A DNA stretch of 64,000 nucleotides from Anolis carolinensis (lineage: Eukaryota): positions 52,373,636 to 52,437,635 of the forward strand of contig NC_085841.1 of the NCBI RefSeq assembly GCF_035594765.1, in the 5' to 3' direction. The position numbers and the translations under genes are program-made. The notes under the pieces are model-generated. The model was not told the DNA's origin. It saw nothing but the letters and a program-made list of their open reading frames with translations, and ran no database searches. Positions 12,720 to 25,998 of this stretch are shown one piece after another. Position 1 is the stretch's first letter; each line of letters starts with the position of its first letter.

Positions 12720-14835
12720 CTTTATTTTTGTATCCTGCCACCTTCTCCCCAAAAGGACTTGGGGTGGCTTACACGGGGACAAGCCCGGTCAGACATAGTT
12801 AAAATATAGCATAGTAACATTTATAAAAACAACATTATAAAACAACATAAAACAACCATTCAACAAACAACCAATAGCCTAATGGAGTAATCAATATTAA
12901 ATTTCGGCGGGCAGGGGCTGGTGCAATACAGTTGCAAGCAGAGGCGGTCCAACCACAAGGCGAAATAGGCATTTGCCTGTGGCGCCATCGTCCCGGGGGC
13001 ACCATCATCCTGGGAGGAGGGCACCACTCTCCACCTCCTTCTCTTTCGGGCCTTCCAGCGGCCGCGCTGGGCCTTCCGGCCAGCGCAGACCCACCTTCGC
13101 ACCACGCAAGCCCGCCTTTGGGGCCTTCAGAGATTGTGAGGTCTCTAGGAACTTGGAAGCTAGGTATGTGGGGTTTATATATCTGTAGAAGGTCCAGGGT
13201 GGGAGAAAGAACTTTTCTTTGAAGCAGGTGTGAATGTTGTAATTAATCACCTTGATTAGCATTTAATGGCCCTGTGGCTTCAAGGCCTGGCTTCTTCCCG
13301 CCTGGGAGAATCTTTTTTTGGGAGGAGTTAACTGTCCCTGATTGTTTACTGTCTGGATTTCTTCTGTTTTCAGAGTGTTGTTCTTTATTTATTGTCCTGA
13401 TTTTAGAGTTTTTTTTAATACTGAGGGCTATTTGGGTTATCTAAGTCCACACTGCCCTATATCCCTGTTCAATGTTTAGTGCTAAATTTGCAAATATAGT
13501 AATTCCTACATAACATTACCATGTATTGAACTGCTTTTTCTATTGATTTGTTGTAAAACATGATGTTTTGGTGCTTAATTTTTAAAATCATAATGTAATT
13601 TGATGTTTTATAGGCTTTTCCTTTATACTTCCTTATTATCCAACATTTTCGCTTATCCAACGCTTTTATTTTTCAGTGATTGGTTTGGGGGGGCGCCAAA
13701 ATTCTGTTCGCCTACACTTGAAAAATACCTAGGGCCGGCTCTGGTTGCAAGGACAGGGATAATGGATAAAGTGAAGGAACCAGATTATAAGTTAGGAGTA
13801 GAAGGGCAATATCAGTTAGAACACTATAACTATAGGGCAGGGAATGGTGGAAAAGTGCAAGAGCAAGACATTAAGTTATGGCTGGGGGACCAAAATTATC
13901 TAGTGAACTGTTTAATCAAAAGCACAGTGGAACATCCATGTTTTTAGATCTTTACGAAAAGTGGACAGGGTGGGCTCCAGTCTAATCTCCCTGGGGAGAG
14001 AGTTCCAGAGCTGGTGGGCCATCACCGAGAAGGCCCTCTACCTCGCCCCCACCAACCGTGCTTGTGACAGAGGGCGGGAGCGAGAGGAGGGTCTCTCTAG
14101 AAGATCTTAAAGCTCATGCAGGTTCATATGGGAAAATGCAATTGCGAAGATAGGCAGGTCACGAATCATTTAGGGCTTTCTAGGTAATAACCTGCACCTT
14201 GAATTGAGACCGGAAACTTATTGGCAGCCAGTGAAGCTGTTTAAACATGGGGCTTGACCACTTCCTGTAATTTGCTCCACTGACCTTTGCACCAACTGCA
14301 CCAAAAGCAGCCCCACATAGAGTACATTTCAGTAGTCCAATCTGGAGGTAACTAAGGCATGGACCACCATGCTCAAGTCAGACTTCTTGAAGTACGGTCA
14401 CAGCTGGTGCACAAGCTTTAATTGTGCAAAGGCCATCTTAACCACTGCCAACCCCTGAGCATCAAGCGTCAATGTTGAGTCCGGGAGGAACCCCAGACTG
14501 TGGATCTGTGTCCTCAGGGGGAGTGTAACCCCATTGAGCACAGGTTGCCACCCTATACCCTGATCGGCCACATGATTGACCAGGAGGATCTCTGTCTTGT
14601 TGGGATTAAGCTTCAGCTTATTAGCCCTCCTCCAGCCCATCACAGCGGCTAGGCACTGGTCCAGGATTTGGGAGGCTTTCTTGGAATTTGGTGGAAAAGA
14701 GTAGTAGAGTTGAGTGCCACCTGCCTAGAGATGGCACTGAACTCCAAAACTCCAGATGACCTCACCCAGTGATTTCATGTAGATGCTGAAAAGCATGGGG
14801 GATAGAATAAAAACTTGCTGGACCCCACAGGTCAA
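12720..14835 (-). mobile_element. 5'-truncated L2 LINE, interrupted by the hAT element at 12939-13743
   Basis: L2-type 3' end (TTTATTTTTGTATCCTGCC..GGCTTACA on +); minus ORF 14398-14643 has the L2 RT C-terminal signature NKLKLNPNKTEIL. Confidence 0.85.
12939..13743. mobile_element. Chimeric hAT non-autonomous element carrying Penelope and Tc1-MITE fragments
   Basis: TIRs CAGAGGCGG / CCGGCTCTG; perfect 8-bp TSD GTTGCAAG (12931-12938, 13744-13751); ~13125-13420 matches the Penelope fragments at 23573/24450; ~13468-13662 matches the MITE at 3953-4274. Confidence 0.9.
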
Positions 14836-17529
14836 TGGCCAGGACAGCTATAATCATCCAAGAAGCCTCTTTGATCACCTTCTGTATGTTCATAATTTGT
14901 AAGTTTCAGCCAAGTTTTTTTAAAAAATAAGACTCAGGTGTTTATATATCTGAAGCTGCTGTCCTGCCCATTATCTCACAGTACAGCTGATTGCTGTTTT
15001 GAGCTAGGGAATTTTCAAAAAAATTATAAACAACATTAAAAAAATTACAAGAGCCATCTCCTTGAATTTTCTATACAATGACAGGAGAAAACATGGGATC
15101 ATTCCCCCAACTTTCAGAAATATTCATACATCTATTGATTTTAAAAATGTTTTGACAAAAATATTTTTTAAAAAGCCATAACAGCTCTCATTGAATATCT
15201 CTCATATTAACCAATTAAAACCAATATTAACCAATTCTACATTTTCATAGAATCCTAGCATTAGAGGGGACCCCCAAGAGCCATTTAGCCCAACTTCCTT
15301 CTTCCAGGCAGAAGGTCACCATCAAAACTCCACTTACAGATGAACCATCCAACCGCTAAACTAATTAATATACTTCCCCTATAGTATGGGGTCCATTCAT
15401 TTAGGGATTTATTCTCAGCCCAGCGCAGAGATTTACTTACTAGAAGTATCTCTCAGTCCTCCTCGGCAGATTCAACCATTCATTGGGCTGCTGTTAGGGA
15501 GGGACAAATCTCTCTCTCTCTGCCACCCTGATTGGTGCTTTCTAATGCTGATGCATTCTGGGAAATGTAGTTTAGGGCAGGGCCTTTTGAATTCTCTGGC
15601 ATAGAACTCTTCACTTCCCAAACTAGAACTCTTCATAGAACTCTTCACTTCTCTTTCCCAGAGTTCTGTGCTGTTCCCTCTTTTTCTTGCTGCCAATGCT
15701 GAGACTCCATTAAGAAAAAAGGCAAGGCAAGATGTGAAGGCAGCTTTTTTTCTTTGCTTTGCTTCCTTGCTCTGAAATGGAAATTGACTTTGGGAGCCTT
15801 TCGAAGTTTACAAAACTAAAACAAAAAAGTATGGGGCAAGTTTTGATTCCTAAATTTTTGGCACAGGCCACATCCACACATTAGATATTGGCTTGCAAGT
15901 ACAAAATGTAACAAATTTGATCTGAATTACAAGGCAAACAAAAAAATGCACACTTCTAACAGTTACATTATTATGGAGCCAATTTTTGCCTCAAAATGCA
16001 TACAATTTTGTTTACTATACTAACTGGTTTTGTGTATGCTAAAAAAAAGATCACAAATAAATATGAAACATGTATTTCAGAATGTTACCTCCAGAATGTT
16101 ACACATTGTTTTCTAGACACACACATTTATGTGCACATTCATTTTCTATTTTATTTTTATCTCAAATATGTGCATGTTTGATAGCGAAAGAAAAGAAAAG
16201 AAATAAAGAAATATACAATATCTGCCTCTTTGGGTAACTTGAACGTAACTGGCACAAAACCTCCTCAATAAAATTACTTGTACCACTAAGCATCATTTAC
16301 AAAATGGCAAAATTGCTCACTATGTCAGAATCCTGTGCATAAATCTAATTTGGTTCTGTTATGCACTCTTGAGTATCTTGGGCTTGACTTGAAGGAGAAG
16401 GGGAAAGGAGAAATTGATACTTGTGCTAGGGCAGAGGTGGAAAATGTGTGGCTTTGGACTAGGAAATGGAGCTTACAAGGTTTTGCCTCTTGTTATCAAG
16501 AAATCCAAAGTAAGTCCTGAATCATCAGATGGGGTTTTTCTATGATTGTATGCTGGTTCACCTCCTATTTTGGTATGGAGCCCTTCACGTGATGTAAAGG
16601 GACTTCTGGCCAGGCTCTGTGCCTAAAAGGGAAGTGAACCAGCATCTGTCGCCACCACTGCAGCAACATGAGAGATTTCCCATATTGCTTTGCTTTCAAT
16701 GAGGGAAGCTGGGTGGCGACGCTTTTCCACATGGAATAAAAAAGGAGGTAAGGCTGGCCATGCAGGGCATGGAGTGGCAGTATCGCTAACACATGTTCTT
16801 AAGGATTCATTACTCAGCCTCAAATTTAGCTTTCATTCTTATCTCTGATCTAATGTCAGCCCATTCTAACAAGGGTGAACATTTCATAAAAATTTCACCT
16901 ATGGTCTTTATCATTGAATGTATGAACTGAATAATCAAGAGGAGTTCTTCAGTAATTTAAGTTCAAAGGGATATTGGGAAAAGGTGGTCTGCTAGGTATT
17001 TCAAAACAAATTCTAAAAGCCCATTTAATTTGCCCTTCACTAGATACTTGGGCCTGGTGCCTATATTGGTGAAGAACATACAGAGATACTACTAAAAACC
17101 TGTCTAGTCTACTTTCCCGTTTTATTCAGATGACTGAGACATTGGAAAAAATTGATTAAAATTAATTCATGACCTCCTTTTCATTAACATGGTCAATAAC
17201 AGTTTTACAGTTCATTATTTTAATCATTAAATTCTAACCATGTTAAATTATTCCTGGGTATTTTAACTCATTTTTTAAAACATTAAAGCTTACACCTTAA
17301 TCCATATCAATTAACAAAATGAATAAATTCCATATTTTCCGTTTAACAGTTTAATGTTAACAAATCAATCTTTTAAAATCATTTAATGGTAATGTATTAG
17401 ATGTAATGCTAACTTTTCCAAGTTCTGAGATGATTTGAGGAAGCCTTGATATTCAGCACCATCTACATCTAGATGGCAATAACTTTTCCTAACTATTGGG
17501 GTTTTTTTGGTGTGTGACACGGAGGTATT

Positions 17530-17820
17530 GATAACTGGTACTCAGAGGCATAGTGCTTCTGTGTCTTAGGGTCCAACTACAAAGCTAATGTTGCTAGATA
17601 CCATCTGGAGTCATGTGAAGTGCTGTGTCTGGCTCAGGTCACCATATTTAAGGAAAGATTTTGTAAAAGGGTATCTGGAGCAAGGTGGATAAGGTAGGAG
17701 TAACCTGGAAGATAATTTTTATAAGGAATGGTTGAAATGACATCCAGGTGAGAAGTGATCACTCTCTTCAAGTATCTGGAAGACCACCAGGAAATGATGA
17801 AGCAAGGATAGAATGAAAAG
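17530..17820 (+). mobile_element. Highly decayed CR1 3' fragment
   Basis: Degenerate similarity to the RPHLEYCVQ..KDVDKLE..YEERLKEL region of the younger CR1 at 54950-55440. Confidence 0.5.
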
Positions 17821-19668
17821 CTATTGTGTGCAGTATAGCAGCCTATTTGGTTGCCCTTGCATTTACCACTGCCCCTCAGTGGTCAAGCCCTGGGAAGAAC
17901 TCCTGATGTGATGTTGTTGTTTAGTAGTGGAGTAGCATCCCCCTTTCTCCCCCCCCCACCCTCAACTGGTTTTCCTTTCTCCCTTCTCCCAGAGCTTCAC
18001 GGCTACCTTGTAATGAGAGGTCCTGTAATGGTGTATGTGAAGCTATGTGTGAAAGTAGGGCCATGGCTTTTTATTCAACATGTTTGTCCTCAACAAATTT
18101 GTCTGGATTTCTCTGACCGCCAGCATCAATGCAAACACAGAGCCACGAGTGTTCTTTGGCAAGGATAATTGAAAGTAGCTTAGAAATGGCATGCACATTT
18201 ACCTAGCGACAAAATGTGCAATACCCTATAGTACTCATATTGATTTACTTTCTTGTCTCGGAATTGCTCTGAGATTAGAAAGACTTACTGTTTTGGCTCC
18301 TATTAGATGCAGTCTTAACAATGCCTGAGCCTGATGTATGTGTGTGTTTTTTTCTTCAGCAGTAATGATTTTCATGATTATGACCTGCAAGATTCTCTTC
18401 AGAAAAAAAATCTTATGAAGAGTTTAAATGGCATTTTGCTAAGCATTTTGGGAGAGGGGAGGGTGTTTTGGGAGAGGGAAAGGGCCAAGGACCAGGTAAT
18501 AAGCAACAACTCAGAGCCTGAAAACTTAAAAAATATTGTCAGCAGGAATCTTCACTGCGTTCATCTCTTTTATTAAAACTATATACTACTTGGCCCTTCT
18601 CCCCACTGCATAGCTTGCAGCAATGTGTGTATCACTCATTGAACAGACAGTTGACTTGTTAAGAGTGAGATGCACAACCATTAGCTCTTACAGTTCTGGC
18701 CAAAAAGATGAAGGCAGATTGAAAAGAATGTTGAATGAATCATCCCCTCTACATTCACACCATAATCATTTGTATTTTAATATATACATGTCTTTGAGAT
18801 ATACATGTCTAGAAAAGTCACTCAATGGTAGGGATGTAATTCTTCTTTGAGTCTCTTCTCAAATGTAGCAAGAAATAATTTCAATAATTGTCTTCCCACT
18901 GTATGAAAGTTTTCAAAAATCACAGTTTGTGAAGGCTAATTCACAATTTGTGGCTAATTCTGCACAGAATTTGTATGTGATTATTTTGTGCAGAAAACAA
19001 CATTACCTGTATGGAAAATAATATTTCAATGTAATTCCTGCACAGAAAATTCACTTGTAATTGAACATTTATTGTGTGTAAGTTCACCCACCATTAACTT
19101 GAAAAGAAACCAGCACTTTCTGTGCAGAAAGCAGCAATTTCTGCACAGGAATTAAATTTCTTACATTGAAATATCATTTTCTAAACCATACAGCAACATG
19201 TGAATTTTGTGCATAATATATCCTGCACTACAAACATTCTTGCCAGCCCAGGAGTTTTCTCATCAGGGTTTCTCATCATTGGCCAAATATTTGACCAGTT
19301 CCCAAATAGTTCTAAATAGTATTTCCATTCTTATGTAGGATCCACATTTTGGTTTGTCAAAGGCAGCTCTAAATTCTTTTAAGATGTGTATGTGGTTTAA
19401 ATATTAAAATGCAGGCTGTTCTTAATTTTGCCTACTTGTGGGGGGTGGGGGGTGGAAGTTATTTTTCCCATCCTCCATCCTTCAGGAAACCTTCAATATA
19501 AAGATTTTTATAAGAACTATGCATATCTAGAAGTGCTGTCCATGAGTTCAGTGCAGCTTGTACTCAAGTAAATGTTTACAGGTAGATTGCAAGTTGCTTT
19601 AATATTTCTGAGAGGGCTCAATGACAATCACTATTTTAATATTTCTCAGTGTTTGATAATTTCGTATA

Positions 19669-19824
19669 CAGTCAGCCCTCCATGTTTGGGGTGGGTTTGA
19701 CTTTCATAAATTTGATTATTAATGGATTTGATTTGCCAGAAGCTGCTATTGTTGCCCGTAAAGTCATGCTGGAGAACCTAGAGATTCCTAAGAGGAATTA
19801 TTTCAAAAGAGGGGAGCAGAATAA

Positions 19825-19873
<49 letters not shown>

Positions 19874-19930
19874 GTTTTTCTTCACTTTTGGAGGATATCC
19901 TGTGCTCCTAACTACAACGAATGTACTATA
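19669..19930. mobile_element. Decayed Tigger-like MITE containing a (TAA)n tract (~19825-19873)
   Basis: TA followed by CAGTCAGCCCTCCAT left TIR; microsatellite visible; right end degraded. Confidence 0.45.
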
Positions 19931-19997
19931 CTTCAAGTTGATAGTTCCTGAAGGGGTTCAACTATGCATCCATCTTGGTGGCTCAGTTCTGCTAGGT

Positions 19998-20132
19998 CAG
20001 GCATGGGCAAAATTCAGCCCTCCAAATGTTTTGGGCTTCAATTCCAATAATTCCTAACAGCTGGTAAGCTCACTGGGATTTCTGAAAGTTGAAGTCCAAA
20101 ACACCTGGAGGGCTGAAGTTTGCCCATGCCAA
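19998..20132. mobile_element. Short hAT MITE
   Basis: TIRs CAGGCATGGGCAAAATTCAGCCCTCCA / TGGAGGGCTGAAGTTTGCCCATGCC; degenerate 8-bp TSD TGCTAGGT/TGTTAGAT. Confidence 0.85.
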
Positions 20133-21378
20133 TGTTAGATCATTCCAAGCTTGCTCAGTCCCCTAGCCTAGTCCATGTTTGGCAGTGAGTATGAAAGTTT
20201 CATCTATGGTAAATTTAATTCTGTCTCAGACCTCATTCAAATATGGATCAACACATGTGGTGTTAATTCACCTAAATGTAGAAATAGAATTCGGCTGAAG
20301 TAAAATGGAAAACAAGACTTTATGAGCATATCAATATGTTAAATAAATAAGAAAGAACTGGGCAAATTCCTAGATATAAATATCAATCAAATTATAGGGG
20401 GAAATAGTGGAAGGAAAATTATGATCACCTGAAAGGGGAGAAGACAGGGAGCAGTGCAGCGTTGTTGGAAATGTTGACTTCAATCAAGTCTGGCTTTGAC
20501 TTCAGGCTCTTTACAGTGGAATGCACTTATCATACATCTTTCATTGCTTCCTCTGCAAAAGACAATTAGACAGAAATCCTTTCAGATGCTCTCTTCAAGT
20601 CCCTATGTGTTTCCCGCCCCCAGACTTTCACTAGCATACGAGAGGTACTATTTTTGGCATGGCTCTTATGACACATTTCAGGTCATTTATCTTTCCCTGC
20701 TTAATGGTTTAGGAAATGGAATAATGTCAATGAAAAGGCAATATTATTGAGTTTCTGGATGAGCTTCCTAGCACTTACTTTTATCCTAGACTATCTCACT
20801 GGAAATAATTTGAGTTTCAAAGGGAAACACTGTCATTGTACTTGTATAGAGATATCCATTTTCAGCAGTTTCAAAATGTATTTTAAACATTGCATGAAAA
20901 GTGATCAGGCAATATTTCTCTTTTACCCATGGATGCAATAGAGTTCATTAGATGTAAGGTTTTTGCGGCTGAAAGATTAAAACAGCCTGAATACATTTTT
21001 CCTTTTAAGAAAATACATTACAAAATTGTTGAGCTCCAAAACAGAAAGCAAATACCTATGGGACTACAAAGAGCAGATTAAAGCTTTGAAGATTCTGCTA
21101 GTTGAGATCTCTACAGTAAGGTACAATTTTTCATAACAGAACTGTCTTGATCAGTCCATAATAATACTTAATATTTACCTACCATATCCTTTGAGCATAC
21201 AATGTACTTTAAACACATCTTGTATGATGTGAACTTGCCTGCTTTTCTTAACATGGATGTTATACATGCCATTGTCTTTTGGGCACTATTGCAGAGTTAT
21301 TTGGACTACAACGCCTAGAACCCCCCATTCCAAACTAGTATTTCCAAATCTGTTCCAGCTTACAAGTGCCAACACATT

Positions 21379-21380
<2 letters not shown>

Positions 21381-21420
<40 letters not shown>

Positions 21421-23170
21421 TAATTACTTATTAATCGCCCTCCATCCAAGATGCTCTAGGCGATTTACAAGATAAAATTGTAAAGGATAAAAATACATAC
21501 ATACGAATATTGATAAAATTAACATAGATTAAAAGCTCTAGTAAAGAGCCAGGTCTTGAGTGCTAGGGTAAAAGGCCCTAACTCACGCATGGCTCTCATA
21601 TAGGGTGGCAAGGCATTCCATAAGGAAGGGGCAGAAATAGAAAAAGCTCTGCGCCTGGTCCTTTCCAAGTGCATTTCTGTAGGACCCGGTACATAAAGTA
21701 AGTCGTGTTGGGATGGTCGTTGAGACCTCCAATGATGGGAGAAGGAGAGACGGTCCCTAAGGTACTATGGGCCATGGCCGTAAAGAATTTTAAAGGTCAG
21801 AACTAGCATCTTATATAGACCACGGTAATCAGTTGGAAGCCAATGCAGATGCTGCAGCACTGGTGTTATATGGCATTTCATGGGTGTTCTTGTGAGTAGC
21901 CTGGTTGCCGCATTCTGAACAATACGGAACTTTCGGGTCGTGGACATCGGAAGGCCAACATACAGGGCGTTGCAATAGTTCAGCCTAGACGTGACCGTGG
22001 CATGGATGACTGTTGCCAGAGCCTCATCAGATAGATAGGGTGCCAGTTGCCTCACTTGTCATAGATGGAAAAAGGCCTGTTTGCTAGCAGCAGCGACCTG
22101 AGCTTCCATTGTCAACTGCGAATCCAAAATGACACCCAGGCTCTTAATGGTAGGTGAAGGAGATAGGGCAGCACCATCGAAAGTGGGTAGCAAATGGGTC
22201 AGACCAGTTGAGCGGCCATGCCAAAGAATCTCAATCTTCGCTGGGTTCACCTTCAGTCTACTAGCACGTAGCCAGTTCGACAGAGCCTCCAGACATAAGG
22301 TGAAATTGTCTGGTATTGACGTTGCTCCAGGCTCCAAGCGCAGAAGGAGTTGGGTGTCGTCCGCATATTGATAGCAATCCGAAACTCCGAGCCAAACTAG
22401 CAAGGGGTCTAACGTAGATGTTGAAGAGAAGAGGGGAGAGAATTGCACCTTGGGGTACCCCACATAGGAGGGAAGATCTGTCAGAGACTTGATCCATATA
22501 CTCCATGCATTGGCTCCGGTTTCGGAGAAATGAGTTGAACCAATTGAGGGCCTGACTGCGAACTCCGGACATGGCGAGATGGTGAATCATTAGATCGTAG
22601 TCAACGGTGTCAAACACTGCGGTAAGGTCGAGAAGTACCAGTAGCTCTGATCCGCCACTATCAGACTGGCGACGGAGTTAATCTGTAATGGCAAACAGGA
22701 CTGTCTCCGTCCCATGGCCAGGACGGAAGCCTGACTGGAAAGGGTCCAGGCTGGCTGTATCATCCAGAAATTGTTGCAATTGTCCCAGTGCAGCCCGCTC
22801 TATCATCTTACCCAAGAATGGGAGGTTAGAGACAGGACGATAGTTGGCAAGGGTCATGGGATCCAAGCTAGGTTTCTTTAGCAAGGGACGAACCCTTGCC
22901 TCTTTTAGGTTGTCCGGGAAGATCCCTTGTTCAAGAGAGCCATTGATTATATTACTTAACGGATCGAGTAGACCTTCCAGGCAGCTCTTCACCAACCAAG
23001 AGGGGCACGGATCAAGGGAACAGGTGGGTGGTTTTGCAACAGCCAGGATTCTAGCGACATCTTCCCTGTCAAGCGGAGTAAATCAGTCAAATATAGGCCC
23101 ACTAAGCGGCCACAAAGTCTCGAGCTCTCTCAAGGTATCAACTTTGGGGGGCCCCTTCTCCCTTGTTGGT
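21381..23170 (-). mobile_element. 5'-truncated L2 LINE (disrupted RT domain) with (ATG)n tail
   Basis: Minus ORFs 22678-22995, 22261-22617, 22059-22463 and 21765-22055 give consecutive RT blocks (NYRPVSNLPFLGK, QSGFRPGHGTET, FDTVD, GVPQGAILSPLLFNIY, YADD, KVNPAKIE, LHWLP); stops and frameshifts; (CAT)n at 21381-21420. Confidence 0.93.
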
Positions 23171-23572
23171 ACATAGGATCTGGGATTTTGCAACCCATCT
23201 TTTACCCATTCTTCTAAACCAGCTTTTAATTACCATATTCCTTCATTTTATTTATAAACCACTGGTTGGATAATTCTGCCCAAATACCTTGAAGGCATGA
23301 GATTCATTTTGGTATTGGAAGCTAAGCAGAGCTGGGCTTGAACGTGATACCCTTAGAGAATATCACATATTGTAGGCTATAAGCAATGGCAAACCATCTA
23401 TGCATAGTCATTGCCTAAGGATATCCAATGAAATTCATGCAAGTTAAAGGCACATCCATTGCATCCATTGAAAGCACATTACATATATTACATCCTACTC
23501 CCCAATGCTCCTGATTTGGCAGGAACTGTTCTGTTTAATTCTCGATCATCCCAGTTTTCAACTGATATTAAA

Positions 23573-23890
23573 ATGTGTTGTTGAAGGCTTTCATGGCCGG
23601 AATCACAGGGTTTTTGTGAGTTTTCCAGGCTGTATGGCCATGTTCCAGAAGCGTTCTCTCCTGACGTTTCACCCAGATCTGTGGCAGGCATCCTCAGAGG
23701 TTGTGAAGTATATTGGAAAAACTAAGCAAGGGAGGTTTATATATTTGTGGAAGGTCCTGGGTGGGGGAAAGAATTCTTGTCTGTTGGAAGCCAGTGTGAA
23801 TGTTGTAATTAATCACCTTGATTAGCATTAATAGCCTTGTTACCTTCATGTCTTGGCTTCTTCCTGCCTGGGGGAATCCTTTGCAACACA
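23573..23890 (-). mobile_element. Penelope-like element 3'/pLTR fragment
   Basis: Reverse-complement homolog of 24590-24867; contains a hammerhead core on the minus strand. Confidence 0.8.
23660..23700 (-). ncRNA. Minimal type-I hammerhead ribozyme motif (Penelope)
   Basis: Minus strand: CCT-CTGAGGA-TGCCTGCCACAGATCTGGGT-GAAAC-GTC-AGG; both core boxes, GUC triplet, stem I CCT/AGG. Confidence 0.65.
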
Positions 23891-24449
23891 ACACAGCCAC
23901 GGTATCTAGTCATTAATCCACGTTGAGGGAATTCAAGATTTACTTTAGCGCTCTCTGCAAGTTCCAGCACAATTTTGTAGTTCTGGAGCTGTAGTTAGCT
24001 GCATAGGGTTGGGGCCTCTGCATACACTGCTAACAGACTCACAGTTGTGTCACCACCACCAAGCAGATCCCACTCCAAGTTTGCAGACGTCATCACATTT
24101 CTGGTGATGTCATTTCAGGGATGTGGAATCAAGAGATCAGAAATATGACATTGCCAGTAAGAGCTGCTTGCTGGTGACCACACAGTGGTGGCGGTGGTAG
24201 GGGCAGTGATCTTGATGCATCCTCAGATTGGCCAGCCTGGTGGATGTCCAAAGGGCTCTGGGGATGCTCCCAGGATGCATCAGAGCAGCCCCAGAGCCTA
24301 TAGGTGTAGATGGGTAAGTGTAGACACATCAGATGATAACAGCAACAACAAAGTTATCTTCAGAAACTGAGCAGTATTATGTTGCAACATGCATTTTGGT
24401 GACAATGTGCAATTTCTATGCATGTTTATCCAGGAACAGGTCTCATTGA

Positions 24450-24867
24450 ATGTGTTGTCGAAGAACAACTTCAACAGAAAGGAAGAAACCATGAAAATGA
24501 ACAAAATCTGGCTACCAGTATTAAAAAACTCAAAAATCAGAACAGTAAATAAAAAGCAATACTCTGAAAACAGAGGATTTCCAGACATGAATCAACCAAG
24601 GGCAGTTAACGACTCTAAACAAAGGATGCCCCAGAGGCAGGAAGAAGACAGCAGATAAGCTTTTCAATGCTAATTAAAGTGATTAACTACACAACATTCA
24701 CACTGACCTCTCTCACCCTAGACTTTCCACAGATATATATTAACCTCTTTGCTTAGTTTTCTCCATACCTCACAACCTCTGAGGATGCCTGCCATAGATG
24801 TGGGTGAAACGTCAGGAGAGAATGCTTCTGGAACATGGCCACACAGCCCGAAAGACATACCACAACC
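24450..24867 (+). mobile_element. Penelope-like element 3' fragment (ORF end plus pLTR)
   Basis: Perfect 13-bp TSD CAGGTCTCATTGA (24437-24449, 24868-24880); NNFNRKEE..IWLPVL resembles the GIY-YIG C-terminus; hammerhead core present. Confidence 0.85.
24776..24816 (+). ncRNA. Minimal type-I hammerhead ribozyme motif (Penelope)
   Basis: CCT-CTGAGGA-TGCCTGC-CATAGAT-GTGGGT-GAAAC-GTC-AGG: CUGANGA and GAAA boxes, stem II with G.U pairs, palindromic ACGT stem III, GUC site. Confidence 0.7.
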
Positions 24868-25998
24868 CAGGTCTCATTGAGTTCACTGGGACTTATTCAA
24901 AGGTGAATATGCATAGAATTGTACCCTGAATTTCTGAGCAGTTCTTTAAATAAAGCTCATTCTTCTAGTCTGAATCACAGAGGCCAATGAATGCTATTGT
25001 CAGAGTATGAATTGCTGGTGTTTGTACAATTACTTGCATTGTTATGTTTGAAATTATGCAAATGCATAGCTTACAGAAAAGAATAGTAGGTGAACAGGTT
25101 TATTCTTTTAATGTCATTCTTTTCCTACCAGTCACCCTTACCCCCCATTGATATTTAAGCACAGAGTAATTATATATTATCAAAACTGCAGGGTGCTCCT
25201 TGTTGATGAAGCAATAAAAACTATGTGAAATAACCTTAGTTTTGGAAAAGATGTACTGCACAAATAATCTAACCTAATGTCTAGGGATTCACACCCAAAT
25301 AATAGGCTATCCCATCTGTTAGATGATGGCCATAGTTAATAAAGAATCCTGACCATCTCCAAGAGTTTCCCAGCATAATATTTGCTACTCTGATCCAGAA
25401 CAAATGAGTAGAATGACTTAAGAACACTATCTAGGTCTCACTAAAATTCCAAGCGTCTTTTAAAGTTTCTAGATTAAATGAGTCAGGTTTTCCAATGTAC
25501 AGAGCAACACCAATTTCAGTATGCCTTTTTCTATAGTTCGTATCGTATTGTATCCAGAAATGTTTATTCCCCACCAAGCCTCTCCATTTCTGTTATGTCT
25601 TCTATTTCCCCCCTCAGTACTATGCACCTCATTCCTCCATTTTGGTTCAGAGATTTCTCACATTAGCATGGGGTTTTCCTTCTGACAATTCTGGTACATG
25701 CATTTTCCAAATGGACCTTTAAAACTCTCTGATAGTTTTAAAGGCTATTGCATTTTACTGTGTTTCTTGTCCCATTTCCACCAATCAGATTTAATTTCAT
25801 TTTTTGGGAGCTGTTCATCCTCAGCTGGAGGCTTTCCTTCTCCTGTCAGTTTATTACAGGGTTCAGTTTACAAGCTGCTCCATTACCTTAAGCTATTTTA
25901 GCAATCTGTTTCCATTTTGCTCCAAATGGTCCTGTTTCTTCTGTCTATATCTTGCTTTTTTTTTCTAGTGCTTAACAAACCTAAACACATCCTTCTAA

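Noticed and set aside
18955-19215. Weak inverted repeat with TGCACAGAA motifs
   Set aside because: Probably an old MITE interior; boundaries could not be defined.
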